In this document: piece after piece, positions 40,801 to 49,286 of the stretch
Numbering within the stretch: the stretch's first letter is position 1
Layout: each line of letters begins with the position of its first letter
Source of the DNA: Bacteroidota bacterium
GTDB taxonomy: Bacteria; Bacteroidota; Bacteroidia; UBA7662
DNA: 56,807 nt
Direction: 5' to 3'
Assembly (NCBI GenBank): GCA_005799025.1
Contig: SYHX01000073.1
Coordinates: 1 to 56,807 of the forward strand
The notes under the pieces: model-generated
Databases searched by the model: none
Seen by the model: only the letters and a program-made list of their open reading frames with translations
What the model was told of the DNA's origin: nothing
Made by a program: the position numbers and the translations under genes

Positions 40801-42860
40801 GAACCAAGACCTTTGAGGTAGTTTCCGTATTGACGCTGTATATCTGCAAAATTGGTTTGAATATCGTTTCCGGCAAGGTAAACCGTATCCAAGGCCGGTA
40901 GATTTGGCGAATGAACCAAGACATGGCCTCGGTTTCGAAACAGGTACATCCTTTGAGAACCCATATCCCTGAACGAACGAAAAGGCAAGGGAAAAGTGCA
41001 AGGCGCCCATACTCCTGCATCCATCGCAAAGGCAATTTCTCCGGATCGAATACTGTCCAAGGGTGCTGAGGCATGCCTTCCTTGCCGCAAACCTGCCAAT
41101 GATCCGTTAGTAAAGGCATAATTGCGGGACTGTAAAGGCAAACCCAAAGAATCCAACAGGGCCATAAGCCTATGGTGAAATTGCTGCAAGGTTGTGTCAT
41201 AATGGTAAATGAGCATTTGAGAGGCGGCCGGAGATCGCAACACATAATGCAGTTGCTGACGATTCCGCTCCAAACGTCCCATTAAATTCCCCCGAAGGAC
41301 CCCATCTACCAAAGCATGCTGGGCACTCAACGGAAGATTAGCGCCTCGGTGTGGTGTGGATAAGGTACCAAATGAAGAGACCCCATGACAACAACCGGAT
41401 AATTCCATTTGACGCAAAGCCACCCTGGCAATCAATCCTCCCATGCTCGCTCCAACAACATGTATGGGCGCGGTCAAAGGTGTCAAACCTGCCGCTGTAC
41501 GGGTCGAGTCGCATATTTTCTTGATTTGTTCTAACAACGAAATAAGAGCTGCGGAATTCTTCTCCACCGAAGCATGATTGCTTTGAAAATCCACAAAAAC
41601 CAGATCAAAGCCTTGTCTTTCCAGAGAATCCAAAAGCATAGGTAATTCTGCCAATTGACGGTAACGTTCAGGGAAAGCACCCGAACTCACTGAGGACCAA
41701 TGGATATCCCCGTAACCTTGATGATTACCGGGCACATCCTCGTTGGAACCGTTCACCCAAACGCCGCCCTCGAATCCTTCCACCACCACGACGGGCTGCC
41801 GTAATCCATACGGGGTATACCGTGACCGCTTGAGGAAAGCTACGGCTTTGCCCATATTCGATGCGGATAGGGACCTGCATGCCGTTGGTCCGCTGTTCAA
41901 AATTCGGTCTGGAGCACCCCATCGCATTTCGGCCCATTGCAAAGGAATATTGGTTGATTGGTCTCCAAGGATCAGGCCATTGGCTTGAACCCAACGAACC
42001 TTTACGGTCTTGTGCCCAAAATGCGTGTACTGCCATTGCAATACTTGACCTGGCCAAACCCTGCGCCAGCCCATACCATCCCCCATGTCCACCTGAGGGT
42101 AGGAGCCGGAATCGTTACTTACCCAGAAGGCGGGCGGAACCATAAGACGAAGCACTTGGTTGGCCCTGGTGCCGTACAAAATCGCTCGATCCAAAACAGC
42201 TTGCACAAAATGCCTTCGGATAGACCATCCGCCCAAAACTTCCGCTGTATCAGGGGTAAAGAGTGTATCCATTACCACATAAGTCGGCACTGCTCCGTTA
42301 GGAAACCAAAGGGTGTCACGAAGACGACGCGGTGCAAGGGCCAACATCAGTCGATCCGCCAAAGAATCGTAAGTCAGCAGGCCCTTATCCAATGCTGAAT
42401 CTGCAATTTCACGATGCCTTAGATTCATCAATCGCAACTGCAAGTCCATGATGGGCACTCTTTGAATAACCGGCATCTGGATCTGACCCGCATATCGAAC
42501 ACTATCCGCATAATCATTCATCCCCTCCGGCCTCAGCCTCATAAAATTCGAGGTCGAATAGGCTCCGTAATAAAAGAGCCTGTAATACTCCTCCCAATCC
42601 GTCAAATCCGCAGGTTCCTGACGGTAAGGCGTATAGCGGTCTGGATTCAAGCCGCTGGGATTTCGTAAAAGAGATAGAGGACTTCGGTCCACCAAGATTA
42701 ATTCCGGAACATAAGGTTGCAAAGGGGCATAGCGGTTGATATGCCTCCATTCATTAGGAGTCTGGGCAAACAAACCCTGAGTCCCTAGCTCCAACAGTCT
42801 CAGCAAAAGGAAAACAGAAATTGACCCGAACCATGCGGGAATTTTAAAAATAATTTTCAT
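37866..42860 (-). CDS. Large secreted protein: alpha/beta-hydrolase (PGAP1-like lipase/esterase), beta-helix repeats and a T9SS-like CTD
   Basis: Start MKIIFK, signal ending LFA-Q; VVVVEGFE, VVGASMGGL (GxSxG), STPHRGAN; parallel beta-helix-like repeats; GPNP...PGAYWVRI tail. Confidence 0.75.
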   Translation of the reverse strand: MKIIFKIPAWFGSISVFLLLRLLELGTQGLFAQTPNEWRHINRYAPLQPYVPELILVDRSPLSLLRNPSGLNPDRYTPYRQEPADLTDWEEYYRLFYYGAYSTSNFMRLRPEGMNDYADSVRYAGQIQMPVIQRVPIMDLQLRLMNLRHREIADSALDKGLLTYDSLADRLMLALAPRRLRDTLWFPNGAVPTYVVMDTLFTPDTAEVLGGWSIRRHFVQAVLDRAILYGTRANQVLRLMVPPAFWVSNDSGSYPQVDMGDGMGWRRVWPGQVLQWQYTHFGHKTVKVRWVQANGLILGDQSTNIPLQWAEMRWGAPDRILNSGPTACRSLSASNMGKAVAFLKRSRYTPYGLRQPVVVVEGFEGGVWVNGSNEDVPGNHQGYGDIHWSSVSSGAFPERYRQLAELPMLLDSLERQGFDLVFVDFQSNHASVEKNSAALISLLEQIKKICDSTRTAAGLTPLTAPIHVVGASMGGLIARVALRQMELSGCCHGVSSFGTLSTPHRGANLPLSAQHALVDGVLRGNLMGRLERNRQQLHYVLRSPAASQMLIYHYDTTLQQFHHRLMALLDSLGLPLQSRNYAFTNGSLAGLRQGRHASAPLDSIRSGEIAFAMDAGVWAPCTFPLPFRSFRDMGSQRMYLFRNRGHVLVHSPNLPALDTVYLAGNDIQTNFADIQRQYGNYLKGLGSLALNTLIHKIAIMAYPPWTPWFLISRQLVAAGIHNRFRTMLEGDWQSHLDRNRLGVYSVINTAPRWGVDYVPGDYSNFGVVSADRFVQSTEPVSLHTFVSSVSALNIISSPFVPVVSILSPWSPFNFERWISRPLWGEHHANDPHAMVYRTWAGRAMDWMRSSSTNPSRPLTLVQGDTLDLGWHLLSVPYLPFNSDIRIPSLSLGAGSGLRIFGGGPLRVNEVAHTRFLPTNADREIATVASACDSVRVELGTDALMQIGRPGGGWGYDASTVRFASGTRLILRRGSRLTIQNGYRLRLDTGTVLEIHPGAVVELQGDSSILEIHGQVILHPGARLAPMGGGILWVIARHPSSRWSFGAAASLELRGRSAEHLRLVIEGHWHLGSLQDAVLLESCSVRISSGSTWECYGSVSVQRCRVGENTNRRPGTAWVVHGTALRNLSEVQITNMQTGLRLHLFGVMSRPQIRDLEFVGNDIGLETHSAGIELLRCRFRNNRIGWRGYDIIGLSRALQSEWVGHVSGVDVMGQAGALLRLQECRLDSNRTGMFSFGQLRVEVMCSGFSRNETGWYAGNTQVWLGNGALNQFGNNRTALYLEEVDLLYLRNGENSFSGTGWHLDGMLSGLALQYLIPQRGGLYGLELHGNRMSLRQGLIPANLVDWDGNPLVYLSSGSSSSALACQNRMATGGGSAYVRERNLASLGRTFADSLQALAQGLHEIANDWSIPSPLNLMNRRRSLLRAWNSTCQSMEIACNGLSNYSILTQYWAQLSLEMLEWMERFGGIQDPFFLNAQRRWTQWMNTCGQEMFRNGSEALVWQKQISRTKEITMISWKPALPDLRWERVQAYWICALGRDKHTPSPCLWGPNSNLHQLILRVPQNYIDPDCQAANRRFIQNTLPLFGPNPIRPGQVLQWNGQPEESSQAQAEWFPMALGVVGRPWHREGLRNGGITAPNLPPGAYWVRIQEPGQPTVGPLKWIISP

Positions 42861-43008
42861 CGTAGAAGAGTCTAAAAAGTGCTTCAAATGCGCTATAGGC
42901 AGATTCAAATGCAACCTCTATCCAGGACATCCGGCCACTCAGGAAAAAGGTTTGATTGTCGAGCCAATGTTAATGGCCTCGAGCGAGTCAAAAAAGTACA
43001 ATAGGACC

Positions 43009-43650
43009 TCAAGGGGCCCAGGTCCACTCCAAGGTGTCCAAGGGAGGCACCGTCAAGGTATAGGAAGAAACCACTACACTCGCCCCAATACTAGGGCGAT
43101 AAGTCACCTGAACCTGCAGCGGCATCACGGAATTCCATGGGATAATTCTCTCGATAAAATTCGATTGATACAGCGTCTCGATCCATGAACCTGCCTGAAT
43201 CATTGCCAAGCCCCCTTGACCCATTTTCTCCAAGTTCATCTGCAATCGTAGCCAACCCAAGGCAGGTAATTCAATACGCAAATTGGTCATGGAACGGGAG
43301 GTTAGCAAAGGCATTGAATTTGGCTCAAAATGCTTAGGGGGGATGTCGCGCAAGACCATACGCAACCTATCAGGATTATCCTTACATGGAAAACGAAGTT
43401 CAAAAAAACCAGACGAATCAGTGGCCCATGCGACCATAGGATTACGTCCTTCGAAATCGCTGCTGTAACATAAAGCAAGGTTGACCGGAGACCCTACAGG
43501 CCATTCAGTCCCCGCTGTTACCACTCTACCCGCGATTCTGTAATCCGGTTCTATTTTGTCCTTGGAAGTACATGCGATACCCAAACTTATCATCAATACC
43601 CATCCTGCTAACCTCTTGCCAAGTCGATATAACCATGTTTCCCTTTTCAT
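43009..43650 (-). CDS. Hypothetical lipoprotein
   Basis: 213-aa ORF, lipobox GIA-C, GRVV...TDSSGFF (prealbumin-like fold motif). Confidence 0.7.
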   Translation of the reverse strand: MKRETWLYRLGKRLAGWVLMISLGIACTSKDKIEPDYRIAGRVVTAGTEWPVGSPVNLALCYSSDFEGRNPMVAWATDSSGFFELRFPCKDNPDRLRMVLRDIPPKHFEPNSMPLLTSRSMTNLRIELPALGWLRLQMNLEKMGQGGLAMIQAGSWIETLYQSNFIERIIPWNSVMPLQVQVTYRPSIGASVVVSSYTLTVPPLDTLEWTWAP

Positions 43651-43761
43651 AAAACGAAGGTATCAGGTTAAAAAAGCATTATTCGGTAAATAACGCTTAG
43701 CACAGCTACTTAAAGGCTAAACAATTTGACCAAAGAAGATGCATGGCTTAATATTGCAATA

Positions 43762-45024
43762 ATGAAGCTAAAATTGATTCTACTATGGATATGTGCCTTG
43801 AATTTCATAGGTCCAATCAAAGGGCAAAATAACCTCCGTGATTTGCTCCAACAAGTTAGTGTGAAACATGACTTAATGGGCGGCTCTCTCGTTATTTTTA
43901 ATGACGAAAAAATCCTTGCGGAAGGTTACTACGGAAGATCTGATTATCGTCGAAGAATTGCAACCAATTCCCGTACCATCTACAGAGTAGCCAGCATTTC
44001 TAAGATGATCACTGCAATTGCCATGATGCAATTGATTGAAAAAAACGTATGCAGTCTAGATAAAGATGTTAGCCAAATTTTAGGATATTCCGTACAGAAC
44101 CCCTCTTATCCTCATAATCCCATTACCGTAAGGATGCTGCTATCTCATACTTCTGGTATTACCGATAGCAAAAGCTACAGCCAATTTATATCCTCCACGA
44201 CAAACGAAAAGTCAATACCAAACCTATACGAAATCCTCAATAAGGAAGGAATATACTATTCCGACCTAACGTATTCCCCAGATAAACCAGGTACTTACTT
44301 TCAGTATTCCAATATTAACTATGTTATCGTTGCCACGATTATCGAGAAAATTACCCGCGAAAGATTTGATCATTATTGCAAAAAGAATATCTTTAACATC
44401 CTAGACCTAAAGGCTTCTTTCAATCCGCAAGCCATTAAAAATGTTAACAATGTCGCCGTCCTATATCGCAAAAAAGACGGCCAATGGCTACCACAAACGG
44501 ATAATTTTAAAGGGAAAAGGCCAAACCTACAAAACTTAAGTGGGTACATCGCTGGAATCAATGCCGGCAGACTAGGCCCACAGGGCTCGCTTCGTTCAAG
44601 CGCCAAGGATATCGCCAAAATAATGATATCACTGAACAAAAATCCACAAAAACAAAGTAAAGTCTTGCTAAGAAAATCAACAGTGGATACCATGTACTCA
44701 AGTCAATGGATAGAACAAGATTCCAATGGAAATAATTATAACGGCCTTTTCCGAAATTGGGGTCTAGGTATTCACCGTTTGACAGGAAAACCAAACGCTG
44801 ATATTGCCCTGCCCAATAGTCGCCTCATGTTGGGTCATTGCGGTGAAGCTTACGGACTAATCAGCGCGGCTTACTACGACCCTGAAAGAAAACTAGGATT
44901 TGTATTTATTACCAATGGAGTTGGACAAAGTCTCATGCAAAGCAACAAATCAGCGTTTTACACAGTGGAAAAAGATGTTTTTGATGCTGTAGAAAATTAC
45001 TTTGCCTCTTCACTGAGAAAATAA
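43762..45024 (+). CDS. Serine hydrolase, beta-lactamase class C / D-peptidase family
   Basis: ASISK (SxxK), LLSHTSG, YSN, GHCGEAYG; signal peptide; AT-rich. Confidence 0.9.
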   Translation: MKLKLILLWICALNFIGPIKGQNNLRDLLQQVSVKHDLMGGSLVIFNDEKILAEGYYGRSDYRRRIATNSRTIYRVASISKMITAIAMMQLIEKNVCSLDKDVSQILGYSVQNPSYPHNPITVRMLLSHTSGITDSKSYSQFISSTTNEKSIPNLYEILNKEGIYYSDLTYSPDKPGTYFQYSNINYVIVATIIEKITRERFDHYCKKNIFNILDLKASFNPQAIKNVNNVAVLYRKKDGQWLPQTDNFKGKRPNLQNLSGYIAGINAGRLGPQGSLRSSAKDIAKIMISLNKNPQKQSKVLLRKSTVDTMYSSQWIEQDSNGNNYNGLFRNWGLGIHRLTGKPNADIALPNSRLMLGHCGEAYGLISAAYYDPERKLGFVFITNGVGQSLMQSNKSAFYTVEKDVFDAVENYFASSLRK

Positions 45025-45065
45025 ATTATCTCAAATTGTTTGATCAATTTCAGCTATTAATAAAT

Positions 45066-45512
45066 TTAATGTAAATCCCGAACCGCACGCACATGACGCG
45101 TGTATTTCTTGTCATAGTCATCGTTGTCTCCATCGTAGCTTTGTCCACTTCCAAAACCGAGGCTCCAAGCGTCATTTGCTCCTTTCAACGAACTACTCCA
45201 ATACAAACGGTCATCTTTAAAATTTCCTCTCTTTTTGAGGTGAATCTGTTTATGCATTGCCTCAAGTTCTTCTTTACTCGGTAAACGCCAGCCATCCCCT
45301 AGGTCTTTACAAGCTTTCATAGCATCATGCCAATTCAAATCCGCGGGAAAATCCTCTTTAGCTATTTGAATTGTCTTCCCATAAAACATAAAAGCCTCAT
45401 ACCCGCCTTCAGTTGATGGCCCTTTCACGGTATCGACTTTCATCTCCTCAGTAGATGCCCCATCACCACACCCCGCAAAGATCAATGCAAGCAATAAAAC
45501 AGCGTATTTCAT
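45066..45512 (-). CDS. DUF1566 (Lcl/C-type-lectin fold) lipoprotein
   Basis: Lipobox FAG-C; W.DA..AC..LG.GWRLPSKEEL, YWSSS, AW, VRAVR; TATCTTTG box at 45534-45541. Confidence 0.85.
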   Translation of the reverse strand: MKYAVLLLALIFAGCGDGASTEEMKVDTVKGPSTEGGYEAFMFYGKTIQIAKEDFPADLNWHDAMKACKDLGDGWRLPSKEELEAMHKQIHLKKRGNFKDDRLYWSSSLKGANDAWSLGFGSGQSYDGDNDDYDKKYTRHVRAVRDLH

Positions 45513-45615
45513 AGGTATTGGTTTTAGCCTACCCAAAGATACCTTGCTTGAAAGCTGTGTTCAAGCCGTAGGAAGGAATCTTTTGAGGCCGTTTGCATGC
45601 AAATTGAATGCACAT

Positions 45616-45652
45616 AAAAAAGGGTCTACGAGACCAATGTTCGTAAACCCTT
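45616..45652 (-). terminator. Hairpin terminator downstream of tRNA-Pro
   Basis: AAGGGTTTACGA...TCGTAGACCCTT followed by a T run on the minus strand. Confidence 0.7.
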
Positions 45653-45662
45653 GATTACCAAG

Positions 45663-45736
45663 TCGGGGTGGCCAGATTCGAACTGACGGCCTCCTGCTCC
45701 CAAAGCAGGCGCGATACCGGGCTACGCTACACCCCG
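45663..45736 (-). tRNA. tRNA-Pro (TGG)
   Basis: CGGGGTG...CCTGC-TTTGGGA-GCAGG...TTCGAAT...CACCCCGA cloverleaf; CCA not encoded; TATATTTG box at 45746-45753. Confidence 0.96.
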
Positions 45737-45818
45737 AAAAGTCGGCAAATATACACGGAAAAGGCGCTTAATGGCCTCCTTGCAAGGGAACCCATGAAAG
45801 TGCCTTCACAATAATCCA

Positions 45819-47225
45819 TCAGGCAGAACACGTCGTCCCACTCACATGATCCAGACCTTCCACCGAACGAAGGGCCGAATACCCTCCTTCGATATTCACC
45901 AGATGGGTATAGCCCCGGGACTCCAGCAAGGAGACCAGTATGAGGGAACGGTAACCCCCAGCGCAATGCACCAAAGTCTTTTGGGTGAGCTGCATCGGCG
46001 GCTGGGCGATTAAAACATCGTCCAAAGGATAGAGTAAAGCCTGCTTCAAGTGACCGGCATTGTATTCCCCAGGACGACGGGCATCCAAAACAAGGGGAGA
46101 ACCCTCAGCCAAAAGGCCCGAAACATCCTGCGCTGCCACGCAAGCAGTGCTTTGGACCTCAAAATCGGCCTGATGCCAGGCCGCTACGCTGCCCTGCAAA
46201 TAACCCAGGGCCAGGTGATAGCCAACGCGAGCCAAACGGGTGACCGCTTCCTTTTCGCGGCCTTCATCGACCACCAAGAGGAATTTTTGGTGGATATCAG
46301 GGAATATACTGCCCACCCAAGGCGCGAATTGCCCATCCAATCCGACAAAAATGGAACCGGGAAGATGCGCATGGGCATAGGCCGATGGGGATCGGGTATC
46401 CAGGATCACCACTGTGGGATCGGAGGCAAGGGTTTTGAACTGAACCGGCCCCAAAGGTTGGAGTCCCCGGTCCAAAACAAGGCCCAAGGCCTCGTAACCG
46501 GCTTTGTTAAAATGCACATTGTGAGGGAAATAGGCCGGTGGTGCGGCAATTCCAGTGGTCAATTCCTTTACAAAATCCTCTTCGGTCATGTTTCCCTGTA
46601 GGGCATAGTTCACCTCCTTCTGGTGACCCAAGGTATCAAAGGTTTCTTTGCTCATGTTTTTGCCGCAAGCGGAACCGGCACCGTGGGCGGGGTAAACCAA
46701 AACCGTGTCCGGCAAAGGCATGATTTTGGAACGCAGGGAATGGTAGAGGGTGGCGGCCATTTCTTGGGGCGTTGCGGTAGCTCCAGCGGCCAAATCGGGA
46801 CGACCCACATCGCCGATAAAGAGGGTATCCCCGCTAAACAAAGCATGCGGCTGAACCCCTTCGTCCCGCAACAAATAGCAAGTACTCTCCGGCGTATGTC
46901 CCGGCGTATGCAGAACTTCGAGGCTCAGTTTCCCGAACCGCAACACCTCCCCATCCTCGGCGATATGCGCCTCAAACCCCGGCTTCGCCTCCGGGCCAAA
47001 GACCACGGTGGCCCCGGTCGCCGCCGCCAAATCCAGATGCCCCGAAACAAAATCAGCATGAAAATGCGTTTCAATCACATATTTAATGCGGGCCCCGTCC
47101 TGTTCGGCACGTTCTAAATAGGCGCTCACATCACGGAGCGGATCAATCACGACAGCCTCGCCTTCGCTTTCGATGTAGTAGGCCCCCTGGGCAAGGCAAG
47201 ACGTATACAATTGCTGTAATTTCAT
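45819..47225 (-). CDS. MBL-fold metallo-hydrolase with two rhodanese domains (persulfide dioxygenase-like)
   Basis: ETHFHADFVSG, HTPGHTPES, GDTLFIGDVGRPDL, PAHGAGSACG, HCAGGYRS; start MKLQQ. Confidence 0.92.
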   Translation of the reverse strand: MKLQQLYTSCLAQGAYYIESEGEAVVIDPLRDVSAYLERAEQDGARIKYVIETHFHADFVSGHLDLAAATGATVVFGPEAKPGFEAHIAEDGEVLRFGKLSLEVLHTPGHTPESTCYLLRDEGVQPHALFSGDTLFIGDVGRPDLAAGATATPQEMAATLYHSLRSKIMPLPDTVLVYPAHGAGSACGKNMSKETFDTLGHQKEVNYALQGNMTEEDFVKELTTGIAAPPAYFPHNVHFNKAGYEALGLVLDRGLQPLGPVQFKTLASDPTVVILDTRSPSAYAHAHLPGSIFVGLDGQFAPWVGSIFPDIHQKFLLVVDEGREKEAVTRLARVGYHLALGYLQGSVAAWHQADFEVQSTACVAAQDVSGLLAEGSPLVLDARRPGEYNAGHLKQALLYPLDDVLIAQPPMQLTQKTLVHCAGGYRSLILVSLLESRGYTHLVNIEGGYSALRSVEGLDHVSGTTCSA

Positions 47226-47246
47226 GAGAAAGGGGCGTTTATCCAA

Positions 47247-47270
47247 CAAAAATAGGGCCCTGAGGCCCTA
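47247..47270 (-). terminator. tRNA-Ser terminator whose T-tract overlaps a -7 promoter box
   Basis: Minus strand TAGGGCC-TCAG-GGCCCTA-TTTTTG. Confidence 0.7.
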
Positions 47271-47285
47271 ATTCCTGAAACCCTG

Positions 47286-47372
47286 CGGTGAGAGAGGGAT
47301 TCGAACCCTCGGTACAGTTTCCCGTACGACAGTTTAGCAAACTGTTGGTTTCAGCCACTCACCCATCTCACC
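47286..47372 (-). tRNA. tRNA-Ser (GCT)
   Basis: GGTGAGA...ACAGT-TTGCTAA-ACTGT, long variable arm, GGTTCGAATCC, TCTCACCG; TATATTTG box at 47412-47419. Confidence 0.96.
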
Positions 47373-48003
47373 TGATGCCTTTGGACTGCGCTCTGTCGGG
47401 CCAAAGGATCGCAAATATACGCCGAAATAGACTCCCAAAAACGCCTCTGAAACGAAACAAAAGGTCCGTTTACCAATAAACTGCGTCGTGATTTTGGACT
47501 CAAAGAGCCATACCCATGTCCTTCAGAAAATTAGGCCTATTCTTAATGAGCTGCCCATTCAATTTGCTGTTAGATCAACTTTAATTGATTACGGACAGGA
47601 ATCTTATTTATAAATCAATTATAGACTCTTAACAACAGATATACAGCTTATTTACTCGATAGGTTGGTAAATTCAAATGGCTTAGTGGCCATAATCAGCT
47701 AGATGGTTTTCAGATGAGTGCATGGCCAATCGAAATCAATTCAGATACGCCACATAACCCTCCCAGCCAAAACCTTGGTAAGCAAAACGGTTATCGGGTA
47801 TAACAATGCCATTTACACCGCCAATCCTTTCCCGTTGGACATGGACTGGAATTAAGTAACTAAATCCAATATCGAAAGAACAATCCACTACTTGGACAAA
47901 AGTACGACCACCCTTTCGGCAGGGAGGAATTTGGCCGCCGAAACCTGAGGAAACTACAGATAATTAACGCTTTCAAAACTCTGCTAAATCATCCATTATC
48001 TAC

Positions 48004-48176
48004 ATGATATGGATTGTTGCTTTGACACGACAAAATAACCATGGCCCAGCCCAGCCCCCTCCCGATGACCCCAATAAAGCAGGTGGCGCAATGGGAGGCG
48101 CCGGGATTCCCGTCGACAGGGGCGCCCAAGTACCCTTATGGCGGCCGCGGTCGGCATAAGCCTGAAAAAGACCTAA
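48004..48176 (+). pseudogene. Frameshifted PID-CTERM-like small exported protein
   Basis: One frame gives AQPPPDDPNKAGGAMGGAGIPVDRGA; a shifted frame continues STLMAAAVGISLKKT*, reconstructing P[IV]DGG-hydrophobic-KK. Confidence 0.55.
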
Positions 48177-48280
48177 AGGAAGAACCGCCTCATAATTCAC
48201 TAATCCAAGATAATTAGGCCTCCTTGCGGTCTTTGGTCAGAGACCGAAAAGAAGTAATAGGATGTGCATATCTTCATGGT

Positions 48281-49273
48281 ATGAACTGCAGAACTTCGTG
48301 GCATGATAAGAGACCGCATTCCAATGCACTGCTTTCTATTCGCGGGTATAGCATCTTCATAGCCATCTTTTGTTTGTGCTTTACGGGTTGCATCAATGCC
48401 CCTGATACTGATAGTTTTTTGAAGGATGGGTTTGAAAAACCCATCCCATCCGATGATTACCCTTCAGTTCCTCAGCGAATCCCTCCACCCAATTTAAAGC
48501 CTGGGAAATTGGTAGAAAGACAAGTATTGGACACCTTGGTTCGATGGTGGTGCTGGAAGGACTGTAGTAACCGGCTATGGACAATCTGGATTGATATCCC
48601 TCTTCATGTCCTTGAGAAATCTCGAGAAACCAGGCAACGGGTAACCCTCAACTCTTGGATACGCAACAGTCCTAATTATCAAATTATGGTAGAACATGAC
48701 GCGCCTTACATCCGCGCCTTGGCAGACAGGCTTCGAAAAATGGCATTAGCCAAGGGCCTTAATATTTCCCAAACCTCAGCGATGGTGGTGCAAATGGTCC
48801 AAAATATTCCTTATACTTTGGTGCATCCTCACAGCCACCCGGAAATGGAATCAAGAGACATTCAAAAAAATAGTCAATTCGTTCGAAAATATCATCGAAA
48901 CCCCCGGCATACTCCCCTCTCCAAAGAGCCTTTTGGAGGATGTTATGCCAATGCAGATCCGGCGGGCGTTTTGTCCCCTATTGAATTCTTAGCTGATTTT
49001 AAGGGCGATTGTGATACCCGAACGGTATTTTTATACACCCTTTTGCGATGTATGGGGCTGAAGGCCGTGGTCATGAATGGACCCGGACATTCCATGCTCG
49101 GCCTTCCCTACGCTGCCAAACAGCCCGGACTACCTTATTTGCTCCATCAAGGTCAAAAGTACTATTTTGTGGAAACTACTGTTATAGTACGAAACTCACG
49201 GTATTGCGGGCCTCATATTGGAGAAGTACCACGGAATTTTCGCGCCGAACAATGGCGTATTGTCTTGCATTAA
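48281..49273 (+). CDS. Transglutaminase-like lipoprotein
   Basis: VQNIPY, GDCDTR (Cys), HSMLG (His), YYFVETT; lipobox FTG-C; start uncertain. Confidence 0.75.
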   Translation: MNCRTSWHDKRPHSNALLSIRGYSIFIAIFCLCFTGCINAPDTDSFLKDGFEKPIPSDDYPSVPQRIPPPNLKPGKLVERQVLDTLVRWWCWKDCSNRLWTIWIDIPLHVLEKSRETRQRVTLNSWIRNSPNYQIMVEHDAPYIRALADRLRKMALAKGLNISQTSAMVVQMVQNIPYTLVHPHSHPEMESRDIQKNSQFVRKYHRNPRHTPLSKEPFGGCYANADPAGVLSPIEFLADFKGDCDTRTVFLYTLLRCMGLKAVVMNGPGHSMLGLPYAAKQPGLPYLLHQGQKYYFVETTVIVRNSRYCGPHIGEVPRNFRAEQWRIVLH

Positions 49274-49286
49274 AATTTAATATATT

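Noticed and set aside
43762-45024. Antibiotic-resistance beta-lactamase
   Set aside because: SxxK/YSN with HCG fits the broad serine hydrolase/D-peptidase family; resistance cannot be inferred.
47925-47956. CTGAGGA and GAAAC resembling a hammerhead ribozyme core
   Set aside because: The spacing leaves no room for the required stems.
48041-48217. 58-aa plus-strand ORF (MAQPSPLP...) and the 66-aa minus-strand ORF 48000-48200
   Set aside because: Better explained as out-of-frame readings of the PID-CTERM-like relic.
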